Assembly (NCBI GenBank): GCA_020137815.1
Contig: CM035352.1
Coordinates: 7,750,001-7,814,000, forward strand
Direction: 5' to 3'
Length of the DNA: 64,000 nucleotides
DNA from: Hormiphora californensis
Lineage: Eukaryota > Animalia > Ctenophora
A program made the translations under genes and the position numbers. The notes beneath the pieces were generated by a model. The model saw only the letters and a program-made list of their open reading frames with translations. It searched no databases and was not told where the DNA came from. Positions 36,701 to 48,479 of this stretch are shown piece by piece; positions within the stretch are counted from its first letter, which is position 1; every line of letters starts with the position of its first letter.

Positions 36701-39700
36701 TCTGTCACAGTGGGTGGTTTCTGTCACAGCGGGTGTTTCTGTCACTGTGGGGGTTTCTGTCACAGTATATGTTTCTGTCATGGTGGGGGAGTATTTTACT
36801 CACATTCATGTTCATGGCACATGTGCTGTCGGAGACTATCAAACTCCGAACAACTGCATGCCTCCCCGCCCTGCACCAGGGCTGTGATAATCAACACAAC
36901 AAGACAACTCAACATTATTTGGCTTGTGTTTATTTTGTGTTTCGATCCATTTTATAGTACTTTTATCAGACGGGTTTATTGAGTTAGAATGGATAAATCC
37001 GATTTAAGTTTCTTCAAATGGGAAATCTTCCCATAAACACGGATGTATGAAACTTCTTAAGTAAACAAAGACAAATTCGATGGAAATCGGGAAATCAATC
37101 GTACGCGTGAACTTGTTAACTTGAAATCGAGTCACAAATTCGGACAAAGAAAATAAAAAGCATAACGAGAAATATAACCCTAACCAATTCCCCACGTCCC
37201 TCATCAGGAAAAGAGCGAGAGTCTGAGGGTAACTCTTACTCATCCCCCAGGAAAAGAGCGGGAGTTTGAGGGTATAGTGGATGTACTGGGAGCACGGTGT
37301 GTTTACTTTGAGGGCCAGGCAGGGGAGAAGGTCGTGTATAAGGACCTTCCCACCAGTTGGGAGGGGGAGATTATCGAGAGGAGGAATGAACTAATAGAGT
37401 GCCTTAGTAATGTAGACGAGGAGCTCGGTGAACGGTAAATTATAAATTGTAAATTACCGACTGCAATTTGTATCCCAACCCTGTCTGATTTCTCCAGTTT
37501 AAATCAGGTGATATCATAAACTTTATCTATCAGGTATTTGATGGAGGAGGTGATTAATAACACTGACATAGAACATGCCATTCACCGGAGCGTCCTAGCC
37601 AGAACCTTTACTCCCGTTATAGTGGGTAGTGCACTGAAGAACAAGGGAGTTCAGCCCCTATTGGATTGTGTGAATCGGTACCTTCCTGACCCCTCTGAAG
37701 TCAAGGACTATGCCCTGTCCGTGGAGACTGAGGAGAAGGTGAGAGAGAGATGGGGTGAGAGCCGTGAGAGAGAGATGGGGTGAGAGCCGTGATTGATGGG
37801 ATGGGATGAGAGATGGGGTGAGAGCCGTGAGTGAGATTCCCAGATATTATGAGTTCAGCACTTTCATGCACATCAGATATCTCTATTAATATTTCAGAAA
37901 TCGAGAATCACTTTTGTAAAAATGGAGTTTTAATGTGCAGTCGAAATCTAATGTAGATACCGAGAAATCACGCATCAATTAGTCAACGGCAAACGATCAC
38001 ATTGATGTAGAAAAAGAAGGACACCTGTTTCAAGTCGAACACACACACCCATATGATTTATAAGTGTGATGGGACTCAGAAAATGTCTTCTCATGCTATG
38101 ACTCACCCGCTATTACTCCAATTTAGGTCGAGGTAGATTCTTCGAGGGACAGATCTAAACCAGGGGTTGCTTTAGCGTTCAAGCTGGAAAAGGGCAAGTT
38201 TGGTCAGCTTACCTACATGAGGATTTATCAAGGGTGTTTTAGGAGGGGTAACACTATGGTTAACGTCCGAACAGGTATGTTACCATAGTTACCATTGGTT
38301 ACCACCTGTTAGCACTCTTTACCGCCTGTTACTAACATGTTACCATTGGTTACCATTGATTTCCAACTGTCACCATGGTTACCACACAGGTGATAAGACG
38401 AGGGTACCCCGACTGGTTCTGATGCACAGTAATGAGACACAGGAGATACTGGAGGCTAACGCTGGTGATATTGTCGCTATGATTGGTATGTTGCATAGTA
38501 CATTGGTACAATACTTTGTGAAGAGTACAATCGTGAAGAGTACAATTGTGAAGAGTATATTGTACAAGTTTATTCAATAACTCGTGAAGATTTGGTACAT
38601 TTGGTACCATTATTTGGAAGTATTTTCCCCATTTCCCAGGTATTGATTGTGCTAGTGGGGATACGTTCATGGACGCGGCTGTTCCTCCTAAAGAACAGCT
38701 GTCCATGGAAAGCATGTTCATTCCTGAACCAGTTATCTCCATGACCATCAAGAATCTAAACAGCAAAGATGACAAACGGTTCGGTGATGCTCTCAACCGG
38801 TTCCAGGTATGTTTACTAATTTACTAAGAAACCAAATCATATGCAGGTGTACTAGCAGCATGAACCGACCGAATCAGGAAATACTGGTCCCTGATTGGCT
38901 GATAACCAGTCACGCGACCTAAATAACGAGTTATGATTGGTTGTTTACTTGTTTCGGTCGGTTCCTGGCAGGTGTACTAGCAGTTAGGATAATGGCACCA
39001 GACCAAGTATTCAATGAATCATAGCTCACTTGCAGCAACAGTGTTGATAAAATATCCTCCCGGCTCCCATATTGTCCAAACATACCCCCACTCCCTCCTC
39101 TCCCTCCTGATGATTCAATGATATTGTCAAAGTTCCATCTCATCTCCTTCATCGACAGAGTTGAACCCCCATCTCCCCTCCAGAAAGAGGACCCCACATT
39201 CAAGGTTGAATTTAACCCTGAGACCTAACCCCATCTCCCCATCTCCCCTCCAGAAAGAGGACCCTACATTCAAGGTTGAATTTAACCCAGAGACCTAACC
39301 CCCATCTCCCCCTCTCTCCCCAGAAAGAGGACCCCACATTCAAGGTTGAATTTAACCCGGAGAACAAGCAGATGGTGATCAGTGGGATGGGAGAGCTACA
39401 GCTAGATATCTACGCAGAACGGATCCGTAGGGAGTATGAGTGTGAAGTAGAGTTGGGCACACCCACTGTGAATTACAGGTAAATGAGCTGGGCACACCCA
39501 ATGTTAATTACAGGTACAGTTGGACCCTGACTTACCGGGATGCTCGGAGGAAAGGGGTTTGCCCGGTAAATCCCACAATATGCTATATTTGATGATGTCT
39601 AACCGCTCCACCCTTGCTCAGGGAGACGGTGACAAAAGCGGTACCATTTGAGGTCCAGTACAAGCGGCAGAGTGGTGGTCGGGGTCAGTACGGGTTTGCC

Positions 39701-40399
39701 CATGGTGTCATTGAACCTCTGGAAAACAATGTGGGCGAGTTGGAGTTTGTCAATGAGGTTACTGGAGGAGAAATTCCTAATAACTTCATCAAGAGCGTCT
39801 ACAAGGTCAGTATTAAAATTAGGGCACAAACCTCGAGATCCCTTGAACCCATGAACTTGATCACACTTATCAGGGTGTAGATAATGCAATTGTTGTCACC
39901 ATGGTAACCCCTAACATTTCCAGGGTGTAGTGGAGGCGATGACTGAGGGAGCACTAGCAGGGCACCGTGTTGCTGGTATAAGGTTCGTTCTCCAGGGTGG
40001 TAAGACACACAGTGTCGACTCCTCAGATTGGGCCTTCAGCAGGGTCGGATACTACGCCATCAAGGAGCATTTTGTAAAGGAAGCAGTGATTGTGGAACCC
40101 TGGGTTAAAGTTGAGGTAGGATGTGATTGATATTTTACCTAGCCTCCTGGGTTAAAGTTGAGGTAGGATGTGATTGATATTATCTAGCATCTTGAGGTAT
40201 GATAATTGATACTTCTTAGTTGTCACTTGATGCACTGTGTTCCGCGCTACAATTCAAGTTGTCACAAGGTTCTCATTTATCACTCTTTTAATAGAAGCTT
40301 TAACATGCTCTCACTATATCTTGTAGCTCGATTTAACTCGTTATAAAGTTCTAAAATAGAATGGGGGATTCTAGAAGATATTTGAATAATATTCTATAT

Positions 40400-40473
<74 letters not shown>

Positions 40474-41290
40474 CATTACTACTATTAAAACTGACCCGCC
40501 CATCCACCATAAATAGTCAAAATACCCCCGCAGAGTAATTCATTATCTCTTCCCTGCTTCATACCAATAGATATATGTCTCGGAGGCGCCCCTTTTGTTC
40601 CCTAAGCAACACACCCTTTTGTTCCCTAGGTGACACATCCCCCTCTGTTCCCTAGATGACACACCCCTTCTATTCCCATAGCAACACCCCTCTGTTTCCA
40701 AGGCAACACTCTATTTCCTTGTAGGTGACTGCTAAAGGTGAACACAGTGGTGACGTCATGCAGGCCATCAGTTCCCATAGCAACCCCCTTTGTTCCCTAG
40801 GTGACTGCTAAAGGTGAGCACAGTGGTGACGTCATGCAGGCCATCAGTTCCAGGGATGGGGCACTAAAGGGTCTTGATTACAAGGAGGAGCTCTGTTTAA
40901 TAGAGGCAGATGCACCCCTCCAAAACATGTTCGGGTTTACTTCTGATCTCAGGTATGAATATTTGACATGTTTTTACTTTTTTTGTTGTTTTAAGTCTGA
41001 GAGACTGCGATTAAAACTTTGTCCTTTTACTACTGCCTAATACTCTCTTGTTGAGTTGCCACAACAAGGAATTACTATCCCACTCGTTGTTGTCACCCCT
41101 TTCTCAACAATTACTCCCACTTGACCACTTACCTTACTCCCACAGGACCCGGACGTCAGGTACGGGTATCTTCAACATGGAGTTCAGCGAACACAGAGAG
41201 GTACAAAGTGATCTGCAGCAGAGGCTAGTATCCGACTACAGGGACTCTGATAAGTACAAGAATGTGGGACACAGCGAGTACGGGGTGTGA
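33705..41290 (+). CDS. GFM1: Mitochondrial elongation factor G1, many exons
   Basis: [79 protein letters not shown]; presequence-like N-terminus. Confidence 0.95.
34835..36915 (-). pseudogene. Secreted multidomain protease-inhibitor-like gene (signal-TIMP/NTR-TIL-ShK-thyroglobulin type 1), nested in GFM1 intron 34609-37250, apparently frameshifted
   Basis: [19 protein letters not shown]|CSC; [10 protein letters not shown]; CP..MIYNEC...CECP...DGSCV..EDC; [11 protein letters not shown]...[16 protein letters not shown]; [24 protein letters not shown]; frame breaks near 35432 and 36270. Confidence 0.7.
36440..36782. repeat. 18-bp minisatellite GTGGGTGTTTCTGTCACA
   Basis: About 18 copies in intron 1 of the nested gene. 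Confidence 0.95.
38860..38966 (+). mobile_element. About 105-bp hairpin-ended repeat, copy 1
   Basis: GAACCGACCGAA...TTCGGTCGGTTC; 16-bp flanking duplication GCAGGTGTACTAGCAG. Confidence 0.85.
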
Positions 41291-42959
41291 GTATGGGATA
41301 CAGCGAGTACGGGGTGTGAGAGCTGGTGTGGTTTGGGGTTTGGGGTCTGAACTGGTGAGGTGGGGGACAGCGAGTACGGGGTGTGAGAGCTGGTGTGGTT
41401 TGGGGTTTGGGGAGTTTGGGGTCTGAACTGGTGAGGTGGGGGACAGTGGGTTGGGGGTGTGAGTTAGCCAGGACTTGAGTTTGGGGTGTGCGATGGGGGT
41501 CTGAACTGGGGGAGCCGTTGAGGGAGTTTGGGGTGCGAAGGGGGTAGGAATTAATCGCATGGTTTAGGGTGTATGAGGGGACTAGGAGTGAAGAATTTGG
41601 GAACACTGGACAGTGAGTTTGAGGTGATGTTGTTTTAGGATAAGTAAAGTGATCACGGGGGATGGCGTGTGACTTGTGAGATGATCAGTGACCCTTTAAA
41701 GTGTGTGTTAAACCACGTGTTAACTTATTCTGTCTGTTTTTGATACTTTATATACCGTGATGAACTCGGTTTTCTTCCGTCGTACAAGAAACTAAAATTT
41801 CACACCCATCGCGCTGTACTGCTGTTTAGTAAGCCACTTGAAACGCTGATCTTGGGGCAAACTTTGTAACTTTGCTGTTCGTGCCTGCAGCGGGGGGATT
41901 TTGCTGTGCTGCTACACCGCTGCTTAAATGCTCGCTCACACACATTTCGCTGTCTGCTAGTGGTGCCCCAGTAAATCAGATGATTTAGTGGGACATCCCC
42001 GCAGCAGTTTTTTTCTCAACTTTCATTTGAAAAGCATTTTTGAGAATTTGATGTGATATCTATCAGTTGCAGCTTTTGTGTCGTTTTTGTGACCTCCCTT
42101 ATCAGTAAAGTTTGCAAGCATCTCTCCAATTGTAACACCCTGTGCTCACCTCCTGCTCACCTGTCATGAGTGGTAGCTTTTCTAACCGACTCAGAGTGAA
42201 CAGTGATGAAAGAGTGACAAAGGGGGTATACCGTGAGGTTCAGAGTGAAGTTGTGGACCTAGTGCGAGAACTTTTCGTTCATGTTAAGGAAGCAGATTCT
42301 TTCCCCAAGAATTGGTCTGCTAGTTCAGCTTCCTGTTTCTGGGACAATCTGAAGTGTCCTAGTAAGAGTAAGATCAAGGCAGTGGGAAAACCTGAACTTG
42401 CTGAGTTTGCAGAGAAGGCATGTCGCTTGCTAGTTGAGCGGTGTTACCCAGGGGGGGTGACACGTAACACTTTGTAACACTTTGTAACATGTGCAGAAAA
42501 CTTTTTGTGCACGTTACATGTTACAAAGTGTTACATAGTGTTACAAAGTGTTACATAGTGTTACAAAGTGTTACATAGTGTTACAAAGTGTTACATAGTG
42601 TTACAAAGTGTTACATAGTGTTACAAAGTGTTACATAGTGTTACAAAGTGTTACATAGTGTTACAAAGTGTTACAAAGTGTTACATAGTGTTACAAAGTG
42701 TTACATAGTGTTACAAAGTGTTACATAGTGTTACAAAGTGTTACATAGTGTTACAAAGTGTTACATAGTGTTACAAAGTGTTACAAATTGTTACATAGTG
42801 TTACAAAGTGTCACAAAGTGTTACATAGTGTCACAAAGTGTTACAAAGTGTTACAAATTGTTACAAAAACACAAGGATTTGTAGCGAAGCAAATTTTCAA
42901 TCTTAGACCAAAAATTGATTTTGGAAAAATTTTATTTCTTTTTCCAACAGAAACGTTGT

Positions 42960-45900
42960 TGTAATGGTCATGCTTTGAGAGAATTCGGGAGAATTCCCAT
43001 GTCTTATCAACACATCAAATTATCCCCTTCAAGCTAGGTTTTAACATACCCCTCGTCACCCAGTTGGTTGATGGTTCTTATCAACTAATCACGAGGTTGC
43101 CTAGTCAACAGTACTTAATGCTTGAATCAAACCACCAAATCAGAATTCAGAACATTTACTTCTAAGACAATCCCCGCTCTCATCTTTGTCGATAGCTGTA
43201 TTTCTGTATCCCTTTACCCGCACTTAGTTAGACTTTGTTTTCCCACGTCTTTCCCTTTGTTACCCCTGTCCAGCAAACTCTCACTTCACTGTCTGCAACC
43301 AGCGATCACATCACTGTCTGCGACCTGACCAGCATCACCGAGGAGATCATCACAAGTGGAGCCTGATACGAAATCTCCAAGTAAGTGCATCGAATCATGG
43401 CTAGAACCAAAGAACAAATCCTCGCTGACATCAAAGCACTGAACGACCCTACAATCAAACGTGAAGTAGACACCTTGTTCTCCTCTACAAATGACGATCT
43501 CGCTAATGCAATCAACTCGCTTAGCCTCACAATGTCAAATCCCGTCCCAATAAAACAATTTGAGAAAGGAGGCAATTTCTCCAAATTCTGTAAAAGATTC
43601 TTAGATCATGTCGTGACCAATCAAACCCCGGCCGATTCTGTCTATCTTCTTTTCACCCAGAATATATTGTGTGATGATATGTATTCATCAATCAAATCCA
43701 TCGAACTCACACCAGCACAGAAACTAAATCCAAAGGAATTCATTAAAATATTCCAAGATCATGTTTACGGAGAGAATGCTTTAGTTCTTCGTAATGAACT
43801 CCATTCGTGCATCCAGAAGAAATCCGAAACCATCTCCGAATATGCATACAGACTCAGGGATAAATCATCTATCGCTTATCCTGACAATCCAAATCAGGCT
43901 AATAGCGACTGTCTCATTGTTTTTCTGAGAGGTATAAGCAATGCTGATATAAAGAGAAAGGTGAATGAATCCAACACCATCACCGATTTCTCATCCGCTG
44001 TCAAATATGCTAAAAATCTGGAAAATGTCGAAAAAATGTTGAATCAAAAATCAAACAATCAAGTTGAGTTTGCTCTAGTTGCATCATCTGAGCAATATGA
44101 AATCTCCCGTGCTAACAGTTCCAAATCGAGATCCAGCTCACCTCATCCCCGAAGTTATAGACACAGATCATCATCGCGATCTCCATACCGCGACAGAAAT
44201 CGATACCAATCCCGAAATCGCTCCAGCTCAAGATCAAGATCCTACTCGAGCTCCTCAGACTCATGCGAACGACCTTCCAACTCTCAATCCCGATCAAAGA
44301 GAGATATGAAGTGCCATTTTTGTAAGAAGAAAGGTCATTTCAAAAAAGACTGTCAATTTTACATCAATCAAAAAGGTGAAAGAATCCGAATCACCAAATC
44401 GGGTAAATCAAACAAATCCACCTCAACCAATCGATTTCGGAGTAGGCACTAACAAATCTTCCACGTCAAATATCTCCTACACCGATCCAAATTCAGATCA
44501 TGTCAATGAATTAGGTGTAAATCCCTTTACATCACATAAATCGTCATTCCGAGATTCAGTTATGAAATCTCCCGGATCATGGAGTCGAATTTTCCATGAA
44601 TTCACACACATGTTTTCCGTAACATTTTAACACAAACCTTGATGGTATTCACCCGAATCTCCTTTCCCACAGATAATGCTTGGATTTGCAGTACTTGATG
44701 GTACAATATCAATCCAATTAAAACTCACCGTCTCTTGTTGACACTTCGGAAAGAGAGTCATTCGGTATTTGGTCAGATGACCTGGCATGTTGTATTGCAC
44801 TTTTTTAGTTTCACAGATCCCACATATATTAACACGCTAACTGAAGGTGGTCAGGTCACCCACCTTATCGTTATCAAATCAAGGCACCGGAACACAGCAT
44901 AATGTTACGCACAAATCGTTATGTAATACGAGTTTGTGCTCGGGACTTGTTGCCCAGCTGCTTGAACACTAGTGTCTGATCTAGTTGCAGCACCCACTTC
45001 ATATAGCTCGCCTGATTTTACTATGTTAGCTTAGCACTGAAAGTGCCACCCCGACCGATTTAGGCATCGCTATCGATGTAGTTGGCGTTGATGCCATTTC
45101 AAATCGTAATATACACTGCTTTAAATCTTTGCCGATCTACCAAATCTCGTTGAAAAGATTGAGAATCTTTAGAAATCACACAGAGCATTAAAGCAGTGGA
45201 AGGGACAGTTCTTTTCTTATTCTGTCACTAATAATTAAAATCTAACCGAATCACTCCATCTAGCTAATCATCAATTATGTCCTCATCGAAAATATTGAGG
45301 AATCCTGAATCTGATCTGTTCAGCCGTCATACCTAAATCAGAAGTTAGTTCCTGCGTTCCCACCAAATTCCGGTTCGCATACTAACTCAGCAAAATAAAT
45401 CATATTCCGACTGCTGCATCATCAAATGGATTGATCATCTATACCTAATCATCCAAATCCGGCTGCCGTATCCTCTTATGGATACAAAATCTACAAATCG
45501 TGCCAAAAATGTTGGGAAATAGTTGCCAAAATGTTGGGAAATAGTTGCCAAAATGTTGGGGAAGAAAGAAGAAAGAAGATGGCGACGAGACGGAGAACAA
45601 CGAGAAGAGAGTGTCAAGAGTGTGATAGACTCTAATATGAGATGCAAAGACTCTAATATGAGATATAATTTTTAATTTTGATTTGTAATACTACGATTGG
45701 GAAAAGATTCTCTTTTCTTTTTCCTAGAGGGATTTGTAATGGTCATGCTTTGAGAGAATTCGGGAGAATTCCCATGTCTTATCAACACATCAAATTATCC
45801 CCTTCAAGCTAGGTTTTAACATACCCCTCGTCACCCAGTTGGTTCTTATCAACTAATCACGAGGTTGCCTAGTCAACAGTACTTAATGCTTGAATCAAAC

Positions 45901-46122
45901 CACCAAATCAGAATTCAGAACATTTACTTCTAAGACAATCCCCGCTCTCATCTTTGTCGATAGCTGTATTTCTGTATCCCTTTACCCGCACTTAGTTAGA
46001 CTTTGTTATCCCACGTCTTTCCCTTTGTTACCCCTGTCCAGCAAACTCTCACTTCACTGTCTGCAACCAGCGATCACATCACTGTCTGCGACCTGACCAG
46101 CATCACCGAGGAGATCATCACA
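42960..46122 (+). mobile_element. Non-autonomous Ty3/Gypsy-type LTR retrotransposon
   Basis: LTRs 42960-43354 and 45735-46122 (TG...CA, nearly identical); 4-bp TSD TTGT; PBS-like TGGAGCC after the 5' LTR; short purine tract AGAGGGA before the 3' LTR. Confidence 0.93.
43385..44452 (+). CDS. gag: Gag protein
   Basis: Q...ETISEYAYRL major-homology-like motif, FLRGI, RS-rich linker, zinc knuckle CHFCKKKGHFKKDC. Confidence 0.88.
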   Translation: MHRIMARTKEQILADIKALNDPTIKREVDTLFSSTNDDLANAINSLSLTMSNPVPIKQFEKGGNFSKFCKRFLDHVVTNQTPADSVYLLFTQNILCDDMYSSIKSIELTPAQKLNPKEFIKIFQDHVYGENALVLRNELHSCIQKKSETISEYAYRLRDKSSIAYPDNPNQANSDCLIVFLRGISNADIKRKVNESNTITDFSSAVKYAKNLENVEKMLNQKSNNQVEFALVASSEQYEISRANSSKSRSSSPHPRSYRHRSSSRSPYRDRNRYQSRNRSSSRSRSYSSSSDSCERPSNSQSRSKRDMKCHFCKKKGHFKKDCQFYINQKGERIRITKSGKSNKSTSTNRFRSRH

Positions 46123-48479
46123 TTGTATATCATCTTATTAAGTACAAAGAATCGATTACCAATGAAAAAAAGTCGATTGGGTCACAACTCACAGGTGACT
46201 CAGCACATTGGGGACCTCTGAGAGGCACAATACTTCTAATATCACTCTTAAAACTTTACCGTTGTCTAAAGTTCATATTTTTCTTTACCAAATGGACTAT
46301 TTCAGCCCTGATTTCCACAGTCGATGACATCGGAGGCTCAAAACATCCGCAAATTAGTAAAAAAGTGTATGTTTTAACCCTAGAAATGATGTAAAACTTT
46401 TAGATGTGTTCTAGAAAGACACCAAAGTCGTTCAAATTACTTATTCACCAACCGTTGAAAATTTGCTTCGCTACAAATCCTTGTGCTTTTGTAACACTTT
46501 GTAACAATTTGTAACACTTTGTAACAATTTGTAACACTTTGTGACACTATGTAACACTTTGTAACACTATGTAACACTATGTAACACTATGTAACACTTT
46601 GTAACACTATGTAACACTTTGTAACACTATGTAACACTTTGTAACACTATGTAACACTTTGTAACACTTTGTAACACTTTGTAACACTTTGTAACACTAT
46701 GTAACACTTTGTAACACTTTGTAACACTTTGTAACACTATGTAACACTTTGTAACATGTGCAGAAAACTTTTTGTGCGCGTTACATGTTACAAAGTGTTA
46801 CAAAGTGTTACGTGTCACCCCCCCCTACCCAGCTATTGATAAGCTGTCTATTGAAACTGAGGAGTGTGAGAGGAGAATCATTGACTGCCAAGAGGAGCTA
46901 ATCACCGCACAGCGTTTGTTAGTTGAGGCACAGGACCGCTTAGTTAAGCTACAGTGTCAACTGTTGGAGAAGAGAGACGGTGAAATTAGTGCTGTGCAGA
47001 CTACCGCTGAGAGGGAGATGAAATCATTTGCTAATGTTCTCCAGAAGAATTGTGAGACTGCCCTAGCACCGCAGCGAGTACGTCAGGCTATTGCTGTAGC
47101 GACAGAGGACAGGACGAGCAATGTTATTGTTCACGGTCTGTTTGATGACCCGCTTGAGAACGATCAGGATCTGGAGAGCGAGATCAAGAGAGTGTTTAAC
47201 AGTATGGGTGCTTGTATTACTGGTATTTCCAGTATGAAGCGACTTGGGAAGTATAAGGATGGCTCTGACCGGCCTGTAAAGCTACGTTTATGTGGCAAAG
47301 ACTTCCGAGATCAAATACTATCCAGTAAGAAATCTCTGAAAAACTCTGATAGGCACAAAAGTGTCTATATTTCCCCCTGACCGTTCTCCGGAGGAGAGAG
47401 AGGAGAGGAGGAAGCTGGTGGTAGCGCTGAAGGAGAGGAAGGAGGCGGAGCCGGGGAAGACATTTGGGATTCGAGGGGGCAAGGTGGAGGAAGTGTGAGA
47501 GACAGTACGAGACTGCTGTGTTTGAGTTTGTGTATTTACAAATTAAGTTAGGTTTTGAACTGGACTTTTGGGCATCAGAGCACCGGACATTTAGATGGGA
47601 TTTAGAACATTTTATTCATTTTTAAGACTATAGTTATTTTTGCAATGGTGAACCGCTCTGATTGCCGTGTAGTTTACTAGTTTTTTAGTTCTGGTAACCT
47701 ATATGGTATGAGCGTGTATATAAGTACGGATATTATTATTATTATTATTATATCCATCATGTTTCGTTGAACAAAACAAACAGTTTGGATATTGGAGCTG
47801 CTTCTGAGGACGCGTCATCAAGTGAATTACAGGTGAGAGAGGGGGTACATGGTATTACTAATTTACCATTGGTAATATAATAGTAGTCAGGTGAATGAAT
47901 GGGAAGAACGATTATACCGCATACAGACCAGATACATCTTCTTTATAACTATCACTTAAATAGCTATCATATCACCAACACACCCCACATCAGATTGTTA
48001 TGTTCGAGGGGGCTGTCAACTAGTGTTTAGTATTGCTGTACACACACACCCACACCTGCTGCACAAGATAGCTTAAACTGTAGTAACTCTTCCATATTTA
48101 GTCAGATCATCAGGGAAAGGGAGGGAGAGAGAGAGAACAAGAGAAAGGTATTATATAGAGAAAGGAGATATAATAAGACATAATATATAACATGTAGGGA
48201 AGGTCAGAGAGATTCCTAGAAAGATCACTTGCTGAGTAACAAAGAAAGACTAAATTGAAACTCGTATTTCAGGGAGAGCACCTGTCGCACACCATCAACC
48301 ACCCCCTCCATCCCTCCACCCCAACCACCCCTCCACCCCCCCCCCCCACTTCCCCACACCATGTGACACAGTAACTACTCGTGTGATTATTCACAAATAC
48401 ATATTGGACTATATATATATACTATACAGTAGTCATGTATTAAATATGTGTAATAGCAGCTCTCACTAAGATTTATACC

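Larger units (their letters stand above)
42451..46825. mobile_element. Poly-G-ended foldback element with long 10-mer arrays (GTAACACT[T/A]T)
   Basis: TIR GGGGGGGTGACACGTAACAC; arrays at 42520-42865 and 46490-46755 are inverted relative to each other; TACCCA(G) duplicated at the flanks. Confidence 0.9.
41990..47749 (+). mobile_element. ORF1-only LINE-like element (ORF1 42166-47498, split by insertion); 5' boundary approximate
   Basis: Halves rejoin as ERCYP|AIDK; coiled coil plus SNVIVHGL...RLG...RPVKL...VYISPD (1-nt frameshift at about 47377); short 3' UTR and (ATT)n tail at 47731-47749; no ORF2. Confidence 0.75.
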
